The translations under genes and the position numbers were made by a program. Positions 26,289-34,940 of a stretch of 37,062 nt of DNA are shown one piece after another. Source of the stretch: an uncultured Acidimicrobiales bacterium (GTDB lineage: Bacteria; Actinomycetota; Acidimicrobiia; Acidimicrobiales; Poriferisodalaceae); the NCBI GenBank assembly GCA_964446225.1, contig CAYUOD010000001.1, forward strand, positions 1-37,062, given 5' to 3'. Numbering within the stretch: position 1 is the first letter of the stretch; each line of letters begins with the position of its first letter. The notes under the pieces are model-generated. The model had not been told where the DNA came from and ran no database searches. It was given only the letters and a program-made list of their open reading frames with translations.

Positions 26289-27673
26289 GCAGCACATATC
26301 CGTACGCAGACCGCTACCCGGTAAACGCCACGATGCCCGACACGGGGCGCGACCGATCCGACATCATTACCGAACTCACAGAGATCGCCCGCACCGAAGA
26401 TGCCGGATGGGAGAAGGGGCAATGCTCTGGAACGATGTACTGCGGCGACCACGAGCACTACGGATTCATGGCAGAAGCCTTTGAACTGTTCGCACACGTG
26501 AACGCTCTGCAGCGCGACATGTGCCCCAGTTCGACCCGCTTCGAAGGGGAAATCATCGCGATGACCCTGGACCTGCTGAACGCTGCTGCCATTTCCGACG
26601 GCGAGCCGGTCGGCATGATGACTTCGGGAGGAAGCGGCAGCATCCTGCATGCCGTACTGGCCTACCGTGAACAAGCACGCGAAAGCGACGGAAACCCTCG
26701 TCCCAACATCATCAAACCCGAGACGGGCCATGTCGCATTCGACAAAGCGGGCCATCTCCTCGGGGTCGAAGTACGCAACGTTCCCGTGGATCCGGCAACG
26801 GCCACTGTGGATGTTGACGAAGTCGCCGTGCTCATCGATGACAACACCGTCGCGCTCATCGGATCGGCGACGAACTACGGGTACGGCACTATCGATCCGA
26901 TTGTGGAACTCGGGGCACTCGCTCTGGAGCGGGGTGTTGGCCTTCATGTGGACGGCTGCCTCGGCGGCTTCATACTGCCTTGGGGCGAGGCTCTCGGCTA
27001 CGACCTGCCGTTATGGGACTTCCGAGTTCCGGGCGTTACGTCAATCTCGGCCGATACGCACAAGTACGCCTACGGCTTCAAGGGCACTTCCGTGCTTGTC
27101 TTCGCAGACAAAGCCCTCCGTAACAGCCAGTACTTCTATGTCACGGACTGGACAGGAGGCAAGTATTGCTCCCCAGGCATAGATGGCTCGCGGTCAGGTG
27201 GACTCCTCGCAGCTACCTGGGCAGCGATGGTGAGCTTTGGTCGGGAGGGCTACCTGGACCACGCCCGGGGAATCTTCGAGACCTCCTTCGCGTTGCAGGA
27301 CGTCGTACGCGGCCACACGAGTCTGCGCATTATTGGTGACCCAAGCTTCTGCTTCAGCTTCACGAGCGACGAGTTTGATATCTACCACGTCAACGACTTC
27401 ATGCGCACCCGTGACTGGCGCTTCAACGGCCAGCAGTATCCAGACGCGATTCACATGGCTGTAACCCGACCTCAGGTGCAGCCAGGACTCATTGAAAAGT
27501 TTGCGAGCGACTTGAGCGACGCAGTCGCCTACGCAGTGGCAGGTCCGGAGTCACCACCCGCATCAGGCGCAATCTACGGGGGAGTCACCGGCGGTCTCAC
27601 CGACGAAGCCGACGAGTTCATCCGTGCTGTCATGGCTGACATGATGGACAAGCATCAGGGACTCCCTGGCTAG
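26285..27673 (+). CDS. PLP-dependent group II decarboxylase-fold enzyme, sphingosine-1-phosphate-lyase-like
   Basis: SISADTHKYAYGFKGTSVLVF matches the SPL-type PLP-lysine motif (S.D.HKYG...KG). GLHVDGCLGGF is also present. GTGA overlap with the kinase stop. Confidence 0.75.
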   Translation: MSSTYPYADRYPVNATMPDTGRDRSDIITELTEIARTEDAGWEKGQCSGTMYCGDHEHYGFMAEAFELFAHVNALQRDMCPSSTRFEGEIIAMTLDLLNAAAISDGEPVGMMTSGGSGSILHAVLAYREQARESDGNPRPNIIKPETGHVAFDKAGHLLGVEVRNVPVDPATATVDVDEVAVLIDDNTVALIGSATNYGYGTIDPIVELGALALERGVGLHVDGCLGGFILPWGEALGYDLPLWDFRVPGVTSISADTHKYAYGFKGTSVLVFADKALRNSQYFYVTDWTGGKYCSPGIDGSRSGGLLAATWAAMVSFGREGYLDHARGIFETSFALQDVVRGHTSLRIIGDPSFCFSFTSDEFDIYHVNDFMRTRDWRFNGQQYPDAIHMAVTRPQVQPGLIEKFASDLSDAVAYAVAGPESPPASGAIYGGVTGGLTDEADEFIRAVMADMMDKHQGLPG

Positions 27674-28476
27674 TCGAGGCCCGGAAGAAGTTCCACGTCT
27701 GTTGGGCCGTTTCCCGTTGATACGCCAGGGATATTGAACCATTCCGAGCCGAACGCCAACCCAAAAAATTCGACCGGCATCGTGAAGAAAAAGCTCTCAG
27801 GACCAATCTGACTGCGATGCGCAGCCATAGCTGCTCGTTTCTGCGCGATCGTTGACCCGACATCCACCCGGTAGGCAATCCCAGCACTGGGTGTGCCGGA
27901 GGTTTCGACGTCGATACCTGGATCCTCAGCCTCTTCACCACTCGCCGCCGCGAGCTCCTGTTGGGCGGCGATCAACTCTCTGAAGTGATCGCGGTTGAAT
28001 GTCGCCTCAAAGACATTCTCCACACCCCCAAGCGCGGCCGCCGCCTTGCCGACGGTATGTACGCGGATGTGGTCGGGGTGGCCATACCCACCGTGCTCGT
28101 CATAGATCGTCAGGACGTCGGCTTGTACCTCCGTGAGAATTCCAGCCAGACGTGCCGACGCCTCGTCATGGTCAGACTGCCAGAAGGACGCTGGGTTACT
28201 GTTACTTTCCTCACCGACCATGCCGGAGTCCTCGTAGCCGAGCCAGAGAGGCTTCTCGGCCCCAAGGATCTCAGAGGCCTGCTCCAATTCGGCCATCCGC
28301 CGCTCCCAAAGCTGCTCACCAGCACGCAACACACCAGGCTCTGGTTCACCACACTCACCCCGTGTCGCACAAACCAGGAAAACCCGGTGCCCAGCGGCGG
28401 CGGCCTTGGCCATTAGCCCTCCGGTCGCAATCGCTTCGTCATCGGGATGCGCATGAAAACAGACAAGTGTGCTCAT
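27670..28476 (-). CDS. PIG-L/LmbE family deacetylase (MshB/Mca-like)
   Basis: N-terminus LVCFHAHPDDEAIATGG and a later GHPDH motif. Confidence 0.8.
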   Translation of the reverse strand: MSTLVCFHAHPDDEAIATGGLMAKAAAAGHRVFLVCATRGECGEPEPGVLRAGEQLWERRMAELEQASEILGAEKPLWLGYEDSGMVGEESNSNPASFWQSDHDEASARLAGILTEVQADVLTIYDEHGGYGHPDHIRVHTVGKAAAALGGVENVFEATFNRDHFRELIAAQQELAAASGEEAEDPGIDVETSGTPSAGIAYRVDVGSTIAQKRAAMAAHRSQIGPESFFFTMPVEFFGLAFGSEWFNIPGVSTGNGPTDVELLPGLD

Positions 28477-28546
28477 AGTCCGATTACTCTACCGAGGCGA
28501 AGTGCACCTTGGGACGACGCTCACGAGCCGGTCTGTTGGCGGCGGT

Positions 28547-28609
28547 CGGGTCTCCTATAGTGTGCCTGCAGGGTCGCCATGCTGTGATCTCAGAAAGCGA
28601 GACTGGTCA
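28547..28609 (+). promoter_or_regulatory. Conserved upstream element, copy 2 (TATAGT 28556-28561; hairpin GGTCGC-catgct-GTGATC 28572-28589; AGAAAGCGAGACTGG 28592-28606)
   Basis: Paralogous to 20767-20831, with the same block order and spacing. The hairpin is kept through A-U to G-U and G-C to G-U changes. Confidence 0.45.
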
Positions 28610-28885
28610 ATGCCCGTACTAGACCTCTTCTGGTCCATGCTCTTCTTCTTCATGTGGGTTGCGTGGATCGTGATCTTCGTGCAAGTCGTCGCCGACGTAT
28701 TTCGCAACGACGCACTCGGTGGTCCGGGCAAAGCGATCTGGCTCGTTGCGCTTCTGTTCCTGCCATTTCTCGGCGTATTGGTCTACCTCATTGCGAGCGG
28801 GGGATTCACGAGTAGTCCTGCCTCACACTCGACGGTCTCAGGCAACCCGGTAAGGGTTGGGTCCACCACCACACTGGGGCTCTAG
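28610..28885 (+). CDS. Small membrane protein with PLDc_N domain (paralog of 20832-21212, no SHOCT domain)
   Basis: MPVLDLFWSMLFFFMWVAWIVIF...WLVALLFLPFLGVLVYLIASG aligns with the paralog. The track ORF starts upstream at 28469, but ATG 28610 matches the paralog's start. Confidence 0.7.
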   Translation: MPVLDLFWSMLFFFMWVAWIVIFVQVVADVFRNDALGGPGKAIWLVALLFLPFLGVLVYLIASGGFTSSPASHSTVSGNPVRVGSTTTLGL

Positions 28886-28888
28886 GCG

Positions 28889-29314
28889 CTAGTGCAAGCG
28901 GGCGTCAGTGGCTCGTAGCCTCTGCGCAAGCACTTTTGCGATCTGGCTACCGAGATGTGGATTGTCATCCAGGATCTGACCGAACCGGTTGTAAGGAATG
29001 ACCAGTAGGCTCATCGCGGTCTTCGCTCTCACTGTCGCGGTCGCGGTGCCGGGATCAAAAAGTCCGAGTTCGCCGATCATTTCGCCTGGACCAATCTCGG
29101 CCACGACCGTGTCGCCGATGGTGACTTCGGCCGTACCCGCTTCCACAATGTAGGCCTCGTGGTACAGACTCTTCTCGATGATCAGCGCCATGCCGGGCTT
29201 AACCTCGGCAATATCTACCGCTGAGGAGAGGTGCTCCAACGCACGACTATCTGCTTCGCTGAAGAACTGTTGGGCTTGTATTCGGACCGTCTTGGAATCT
29301 GGCTGCCGTGACAC
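28889..29314 (-). CDS. Stand-alone cyclic-nucleotide-binding (cNMP) domain protein
   Basis: GEMIGELGLFDPGTATATVRAKT is the phosphate-binding cassette pattern (GE..GE.al.....R.AtV.A). There is no HTH and the protein is 141 aa. Confidence 0.75.
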   Translation of the reverse strand: MSRQPDSKTVRIQAQQFFSEADSRALEHLSSAVDIAEVKPGMALIIEKSLYHEAYIVEAGTAEVTIGDTVVAEIGPGEMIGELGLFDPGTATATVRAKTAMSLLVIPYNRFGQILDDNPHLGSQIAKVLAQRLRATDARLH

Positions 29315-29423
29315 GACGAGACACCTTTCAGCAAGTGAACTGCCTATACCTTCAAGCTACAGACCCCTGCAGGTCTCAACAGGGCAAATAGTCCGTATTC
29401 TCGAAACCTCGCGTGAAGAACCG

Positions 29424-30206
29424 TTAGGGAATCGCGTGGATGGGCAGCGTCACGAGCCGGAATATGGCCCACAGAAGCATGCTCAACGACAGGATGAACA
29501 TCAGATTCTGATTGCGCTGGGAGCGCATCTTGCTGCTCACGCCTGCAAAGAACAGCACGGATGCAAGGAGAACCACTGTGACGACATAGTTGTCAGAGTT
29601 CTGATTATCCGCACGCGCTGCGGTTGCCTTCTCGGATGCGATGAGCGCGAGGCGCTCAGATTCTGCGGCCTCTGGCACTGACTCCTCGAGGTATTCCTCA
29701 AATGGGAAGAACGGGCTCGCAGTAGATGAGCCGCTGGCACCATTCTCGCCGTACCACTCATTCACTCGTGGCTGGAAATCCTCGCGAAACTGGGTGAAGA
29801 GGAACCCACTCAGGGACGGATTCGCAGGGTCATAGGTCGTTGGATCCGGGGCATCCTCGCCCGTCGAGTCAGCAGCTATCACCTCTGTGCCTACCGCCTG
29901 CACCCACTGCAGAAATGTCTGAGAGTCCAGCAAGATCAAGGAGGTGGCCCTGCCATCAAAGCGCGTCGACTCGGTGCGGTTGGCTCCCGCTTCGCTGAAG
30001 TTGATGGCCTGCTCGCCTGACCACTTCGCACTCTGTAGCGCAGACCAGGCCGTGAGCACTCCGGCTACCGCAAGGATGATCGTAATGAGCAGCTCCACGG
30101 TCACAACGCGAGAATCTGGCGTGATCGTCTCAATAATTCGCTGAACGATGCGGTCCTCGTCGGCGCCTTCTTCGGCCCCGTTTGGTTGTGCTACCTCGTC
30201 GCTCAT
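29424..30206 (-). CDS. Hypothetical membrane protein (one N-proximal TM, two C-terminal TMs; DUF4337-like at best)
   Basis: Long ORF with coding-like composition, an acidic N-terminus and hydrophobic segments VELLITIILAVAGVLTAW, YVVTVVLLASVLFFAGV and LMFILSLSMLLWAIF. No family is confidently recognised. Confidence 0.5.
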   Translation of the reverse strand: MSDEVAQPNGAEEGADEDRIVQRIIETITPDSRVVTVELLITIILAVAGVLTAWSALQSAKWSGEQAINFSEAGANRTESTRFDGRATSLILLDSQTFLQWVQAVGTEVIAADSTGEDAPDPTTYDPANPSLSGFLFTQFREDFQPRVNEWYGENGASGSSTASPFFPFEEYLEESVPEAAESERLALIASEKATAARADNQNSDNYVVTVVLLASVLFFAGVSSKMRSQRNQNLMFILSLSMLLWAIFRLVTLPIHAIP

Positions 30207-30269
30207 CTCAATCCCTTGTCGCTCCAGATGACCGACAATAACCTAGACGCGGAGCAATCTCGACGAAGC

Positions 30270-30718
30270 CTAAATCTCGAAAGCGACGATCGCCACGATT
30301 CCGCCAGCTGGGGGATTCGAGCCGAGGCTTCCGAGAAACTCGCGATCTGAGAAGGTGAACACTCCGCCGTCGCTGCCCACCACGAGATACCCGTTTCCAT
30401 AGGGGACCAGTCCATTGATGGGGGAGTTCAGTGCTGTGCCCGTGGGAAGTACACCAGGAATCGATCCTCTGAACTGGGCACCCCCGAATGCGAACACGCC
30501 ACCATCACACGACACCATCCAGTAGCCGTTGCCACTCGGTGCCGGCACAAGTTCGATAATGGGACAGACCAGTTAGCCCGGAGGCAGCACTTGCGGAATG
30601 GAACCCGCGAACTGGGCATCACCACTGACGGTGCGCCAATACCGATCGTTGAGACGCCAACAAGTCCCATAAAAAGGCTCGTCGCGAGCAAGCCGAGTGC
30701 GCTTCGTCTGATCTTCAT
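30270..30718 (-). pseudogene. Decayed third member of the GYW/DGGVFxFG repeat family (signal peptide in one frame, repeats in another, in-frame TAA)
   Basis: The frame ending at 30718 gives the signal peptide MKIRRSALGLLATSLFMGLVGVSTIGIGAP. A different frame reads ...RYWRTVSGDAQFAGSIPQVLPPG-TAA(30573-30575)-LVCPIIELVPAPSGNGYWMVSCDGGVFAFGGAQFRGSIPGVLPTGTALNSPINGLVPYGNGYLVVGSDGGVFTFSDREFLGS... Confidence 0.55.
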
Positions 30719-30833
30719 GTCGCCGATCTGCCCTCAGATACGGGTGAGTACTGCGGGCTCGTACTTTCGCGCCAAGCCAGTGCGCAGCACTTGGGACTTG
30801 TGCCCTCTCTGTCGTGACGCCAAGATTGAAGTT

Positions 30834-33800
30834 GTGACGGGGGACGGAACATCTGACGCGAAGCGCGCCAATACTGAGTCATCCCTGCCCTTCGTCGGGC
30901 GCTCAGAGGAGCTGACAGGGCTGCGTGGCGCAACCGCCGAAGACTCTGCCGTCGTCTATGTGAGTGGGGCTGCTGGTATCGGCAAGACCCGGATCGTGGA
31001 CACTCTTTGTGCCGATGGAGAGCACGAAGTCCTGAGGGGCCGTGCGTGGAGAGGCGCGTACCATATGCCCTATCTCCCATGGACGCAGGTGCTATCAGCT
31101 GCGCGTCAGTATCTCAGCTCGGGGGACCTAGCCCGCTACCGGGACCTTGCGCCACTCATCAGCCGCACGTCGCACCGTGCGCGCTTTGAAGAAAGCGAAT
31201 CCACCCAACATGTACTCGGATTGGCACTCGGCGACTACCTCCGCGAGGTGTCAACGCGCTGTGAAGGCCAGCTGCTACTCGTCTTAGAGGATCTTCACTA
31301 CGCAGACCGTCCGTCGATTGCCCTCGCCGTGACGATCGCCCGACAGCGCCTGCCCATGTCGTTCATTGTCACCTGCCGACCGACCGCTCAAGCCAGGCTG
31401 GAAAGCCGCGAGCTACTCGAGCTTCTGCGGGCAGAGTCTGAGGTCGTCGAGCTTCCCCCGCTCAGCCGTACCGCAATTGCTGAAGTGCTCTCAGAACGTG
31501 ATGTACCCCCAGACCGTCTCAGCGCGGCGGAAAGGGCTACGTCGGGATCACCGCTGCTCCTCGAGCAATGGCTGCGAACCGACCAGAGCGAAAGTGAGTT
31601 CGACTACGGAAACTCCATCGCACTCCAGCTTGTAGAACTCAAGCCTCAGGCCCAGGAAACGCTCAAGCTCGCCGCCCTCGCTGGCGAAACATTCGACCTC
31701 ACAACGATCGCAGAAGCAGCAGGCTTTCCCGTGGTTGATGCGTTGGACTACGTCGAGGAAGCAAAAGTCGCCGGACTGGTGGGTAACCTTGACCGCTCAC
31801 TTGTGCGCTATGAGTTTCATCACCAGAGCGTGCAAGAGGTACTTGAGGAGATGCAGACACCATCCCAGCGCGCACGCGGCCACGCGCGGCTTCTTCAGGT
31901 GCTCCTCGCGAGGCAGGGCTCCGCGGGAGAAGTTGACGTCTCAGTTCTCGCCGCTCATGCCAGCGAGGCCGCAATAGTTGGCGACGCGCAGCTGGCCGCA
32001 GACCTCAACCTGCAAGCGGGACAGGTCGCCCTGGACCGCGCCGCCCCGGAGACAGCTCTCATGAACTTTCAGCGGGCAGTCGACATCGCCGCGGCGGCGG
32101 GCCTGGCGCTCAAGGTCCGGCTCAATGGCGAACTGGGCTTGGCTCGCGCCCACAAAATCTCTGGCTCCGAGCTTGCCAGGCCGGCCCTGCTACGGGTGCT
32201 CGAAGCCTGCGAGAAGGATCCTGATTCGGCCGACGTTGGCATTGAGGCAGCGCTCCTTCTACCAAGCAACGCTGGCGCGCTTGGGCTTGGGGCCGATCGC
32301 GATGTGGTCGTGGTCCACTGGCTCGAGTGGGCGCTTGAAGCGATGAACTCAGAGCCGTCAACGCTACGGGGCCGTTTACTTCTGGAGTTGGGCATCCAGA
32401 GCTATGCCCGCAGCGCCGCGGAAGGCGAAGCACTGGTCGTCGAGGCCGCCGAGATAGCCGAGTCGGTGGATGACTCCGCACTGCTTGTCCAGGCCGTCTG
32501 TCACCGGCACTGGTTCCGCAGATTTCCCGGCGACGCCTCTGCTGTTCTAGAACTCACCGATCAACTCGAGAGCCGGATTCGAGCAACCGACACCCGGGCC
32601 CGGCTATCGCTCGCCGGGCTTCGCTTCGCGACGCTTCTTCGTCTCGGGCGCTTTACCGAGGCTCTTACTGAAGTACACACACTCGAGGTTGAACTCTCTC
32701 CGCTTCCACCGGTTGCGAGCTGGTCCATTGGACGCTGGCGCGCCACGATCCACTATGTCCGAGGCGAGCACCACGAAGCCGAGGCCGCCGCGCTCGGCGC
32801 GTTCAGTCTCGTGGAGCAAACACGATTCGGTGTTGTCGCGTTCGACTATCTGGCGCTGGTGTTGTCGGCAGTCATGCACGCCAGGATGGAGCACGAGCGG
32901 ATTATCGAGCTGACGGCATCCATGGTGAGTTCACCGAGTCCACTGTTGGCGATCCCTGCCAAGGCGGGCGGTGCCACGATTCTCGCCGAGCTGGGGCGAG
33001 ACTCCGAGGCTGCAGAGCTGTTGGCGCAGATTCCAAGAGACGCTCTGTCCTACCGGGATCCCTACGAACTTTCTTGGTTGCCTGGCGCCGCATTTGTCTC
33101 GCAGGCTGCCGTGGCCCTCAAGGACTCTGGTCGCTCGCGGGAAGCGCTCGAAAACCTGGAGGCCTACCGGGAAGAGTGGATCGTCTGGGGATCTGGCTTC
33201 ATGTGCGTCGGCCCGGTTGCGCTCCATCGGGGACAGGCGGCGCTTGTTGCAGGCGACCACAGCGTTGCGGAGCAAGATCTTGGCTTGGCCCGAGATGAGA
33301 TCATTGGCAGCGGAGCCCGACTCTTCGAACCTGCGCTCCTATGCGCCGAGGCCGATCTTGCCCTTGTTTCTGGTGACACTGGGTCTGCAGTTCAAGCACT
33401 GACTCAGGCCTCGACCCTGTGTACCGAGATGGACTTCGGCACAGCCGCGGCCATGTTGGCGGCACGGGCAATTGAAATCTCGGCGCCAGTCAAAGCAGAA
33501 GTCGAACCGAACCTGAAGCTACGGTCGCTTCGACGTGAAGGTTCGATTTGGACCATAGAGTTTGACGGCGAGACTGGACGTGTCGCGCACCTCAAGGGCA
33601 TGACGGTTCTTGAGCTCCTATTGGCAGCTCCCCGGCGCCAGTTCCATGCCTTGGAACTCAGCGCTGTCATTGACAACGTCACAGGTGGAATTGGTGGAGA
33701 GCCTCTGGGAACTCTGCGAGAAGCTTCCGCGCCAATACTGGACGACCAAGCCTACGGCGAGTATCGCAAACGAATCCGTGAACTCCAGGAGGAGATCGAC

Positions 33801-34103
33801 GAGTCAGAATCTTCTCAGCTCGGGACAAACAGCGAGGCTGCCCACCGTGAACTCGATGCGCTCCTTGATGAGCTACAAAGAGCCACAGGAATTGGCGGCA
33901 AGGCGCGGCAGACGGCTAACAACAGCGAACGCGCCCGGGTTCGCATTACCAAGAGCATCCGTACCGCGGTAGCCAGAATCAGCGAGGTAGCTCCCGCGGC
34001 CGGGCATCATCTCACCACCTCGCTGAGCACGGGGGCGTTCTGCGGCTACGATCCCGGTACATCCGGTCCCGAGTGGTCGGTCGTGCATAACCGAGATGCG
34101 TAA
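30834..34103 (+). CDS. Large P-loop STAND/LAL-like ATPase with helical (TPR-like) middle region and a non-LuxR C-terminal module
   Basis: FVGRSEELTGL, then Walker A GAAGIGKT (nt ~30966-30989) and Walker B LLLVLEDLHYAD, followed by a long Ala/Leu-rich helical region. The C-terminus is LRREGSIWTIEFDGETGRVAHLKGMTVLELLLAAPRRQFHALEL...coiled coil...ERARVRITKSIRTAVARI...GAFCGYDP. The start is uncertain (GTG 30834, TTG 30797 or ATG 30717). The track start 30591 overlaps the opposite-strand gene remnant. Confidence 0.75.
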   Translation: MTGDGTSDAKRANTESSLPFVGRSEELTGLRGATAEDSAVVYVSGAAGIGKTRIVDTLCADGEHEVLRGRAWRGAYHMPYLPWTQVLSAARQYLSSGDLARYRDLAPLISRTSHRARFEESESTQHVLGLALGDYLREVSTRCEGQLLLVLEDLHYADRPSIALAVTIARQRLPMSFIVTCRPTAQARLESRELLELLRAESEVVELPPLSRTAIAEVLSERDVPPDRLSAAERATSGSPLLLEQWLRTDQSESEFDYGNSIALQLVELKPQAQETLKLAALAGETFDLTTIAEAAGFPVVDALDYVEEAKVAGLVGNLDRSLVRYEFHHQSVQEVLEEMQTPSQRARGHARLLQVLLARQGSAGEVDVSVLAAHASEAAIVGDAQLAADLNLQAGQVALDRAAPETALMNFQRAVDIAAAAGLALKVRLNGELGLARAHKISGSELARPALLRVLEACEKDPDSADVGIEAALLLPSNAGALGLGADRDVVVVHWLEWALEAMNSEPSTLRGRLLLELGIQSYARSAAEGEALVVEAAEIAESVDDSALLVQAVCHRHWFRRFPGDASAVLELTDQLESRIRATDTRARLSLAGLRFATLLRLGRFTEALTEVHTLEVELSPLPPVASWSIGRWRATIHYVRGEHHEAEAAALGAFSLVEQTRFGVVAFDYLALVLSAVMHARMEHERIIELTASMVSSPSPLLAIPAKAGGATILAELGRDSEAAELLAQIPRDALSYRDPYELSWLPGAAFVSQAAVALKDSGRSREALENLEAYREEWIVWGSGFMCVGPVALHRGQAALVAGDHSVAEQDLGLARDEIIGSGARLFEPALLCAEADLALVSGDTGSAVQALTQASTLCTEMDFGTAAAMLAARAIEISAPVKAEVEPNLKLRSLRREGSIWTIEFDGETGRVAHLKGMTVLELLLAAPRRQFHALELSAVIDNVTGGIGGEPLGTLREASAPILDDQAYGEYRKRIRELQEEIDESESSQLGTNSEAAHRELDALLDELQRATGIGGKARQTANNSERARVRITKSIRTAVARISEVAPAAGHHLTTSLSTGAFCGYDPGTSGPEWSVVHNRDA

Positions 34104-34106
34104 CTA

Positions 34107-34940
34107 GTGCCACGGATACTTGACTACAACGGACAGGAAGCAGACCGGACCGTTACGGTCGCGTCCATCGTCGCTCTCAGGCAGAGCCAGAGCAGCCTCG
34201 CGCAGGTGACAGCAGCTTCTGCCGCAGAGGCAGCCGCAGCGGAGACCGCCGGCATTGAGATGGTCGTGTGTATGGCGGGCGCGGTGCCCGCCGTGCGCGA
34301 GGGATCGTCGCGCGTCTTTGTGACAGCCGCCATCGACTTCGACGGAGCGGTCACCCCTGATGACTTGCTCGGAGCGGCTTTCAGCGCCTTGTCTGACGGC
34401 GCGGATGCCGTCATAACGGCCAGGGGAATGGGCTGTGTCGAAGCTCTTGCAGCCGAAGATGTTCCTGTCATGGGGCACCTGGGCTTCGTTCCGAAGAAGT
34501 CCACGCTATATGGCGGTGTTCGCGCTGTCGGTAAGACCGCAGCAGAGGCAGCGACCCTGTGGCGGCAGTTCCAGCGTCTACAAGATGCGGGGGCATTTGC
34601 CGTCGAGTGTGAACTCATACCCACGCAGGTCATGGCCGAGATCAATCGAAGAACCAGCATGGCGACCATCTCGCTCGGATCTGGCGCCGACGCCGACGTG
34701 ATCTTTCTCTTCTCCTCTGACATCTGTGGTGAGAGTTCCAGATCCCCTCGACATGCGCGCGCGTACGCTGACCTGGCGGCTCTCTATGAGCAGATCAACT
34801 CCGCTCGGGTGGACGCGCTGACTGCATTTCGCTCGGATGTCTCCACAGGCCGTTATCCAGACGAGAGCGAGATGGCCAGAGTGGACGAGAGCGAGCTCGC
34901 CGGCTTTCAGAAGTTGCTCGACGACGAGGACAGCGTCTAG
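34107..34940 (+). CDS. PanB (3-methyl-2-oxobutanoate hydroxymethyltransferase)-like protein, divergent
   Basis: VPVMGHLGFVPKKSTLYGGVRAVGKT, DAGAFAVECELIP and TISLGSGADADVIFLFSSDICG align by eye with the PanB motifs GHLGLTPQS...GGYKVQGR, EAGA..LVLECVP and IGIGAG..CDGQ.LV..D.LG. GTG lies 3 nt after the STAND gene stop. Confidence 0.65.
   Translation: MPRILDYNGQEADRTVTVASIVALRQSQSSLAQVTAASAAEAAAAETAGIEMVVCMAGAVPAVREGSSRVFVTAAIDFDGAVTPDDLLGAAFSALSDGADAVITARGMGCVEALAAEDVPVMGHLGFVPKKSTLYGGVRAVGKTAAEAATLWRQFQRLQDAGAFAVECELIPTQVMAEINRRTSMATISLGSGADADVIFLFSSDICGESSRSPRHARAYADLAALYEQINSARVDALTAFRSDVSTGRYPDESEMARVDESELAGFQKLLDDEDSV

Noticed and set aside
28800-28885. Possible frameshift that removed a SHOCT domain from the second PLDc_N paralog
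   Set aside because: I translated the alternative frames after ...YLIASGG. None contains a SHOCT-like (L..L..G.I...EF...K) segment before a stop, so there is no evidence for a recent frameshift.
29365-29385. CCTGCAGG-containing near-palindrome (GACCCCTGCAGGTCTC) upstream of the cNMP-binding gene as an operator
   Set aside because: Only the 8-bp core is truly palindromic and the flanks do not extend it. That is too short to separate from chance at this GC content.
30591-30833. Track start of the 1170-aa ORF at 30591
   Set aside because: This part overlaps the opposite-strand signal-peptide and repeat remnant and has no family-like sequence. LAL/STAND proteins normally start ~20 aa before the (F/L)VGR.EEL motif, which favours GTG 30834. 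The start remains uncertain.
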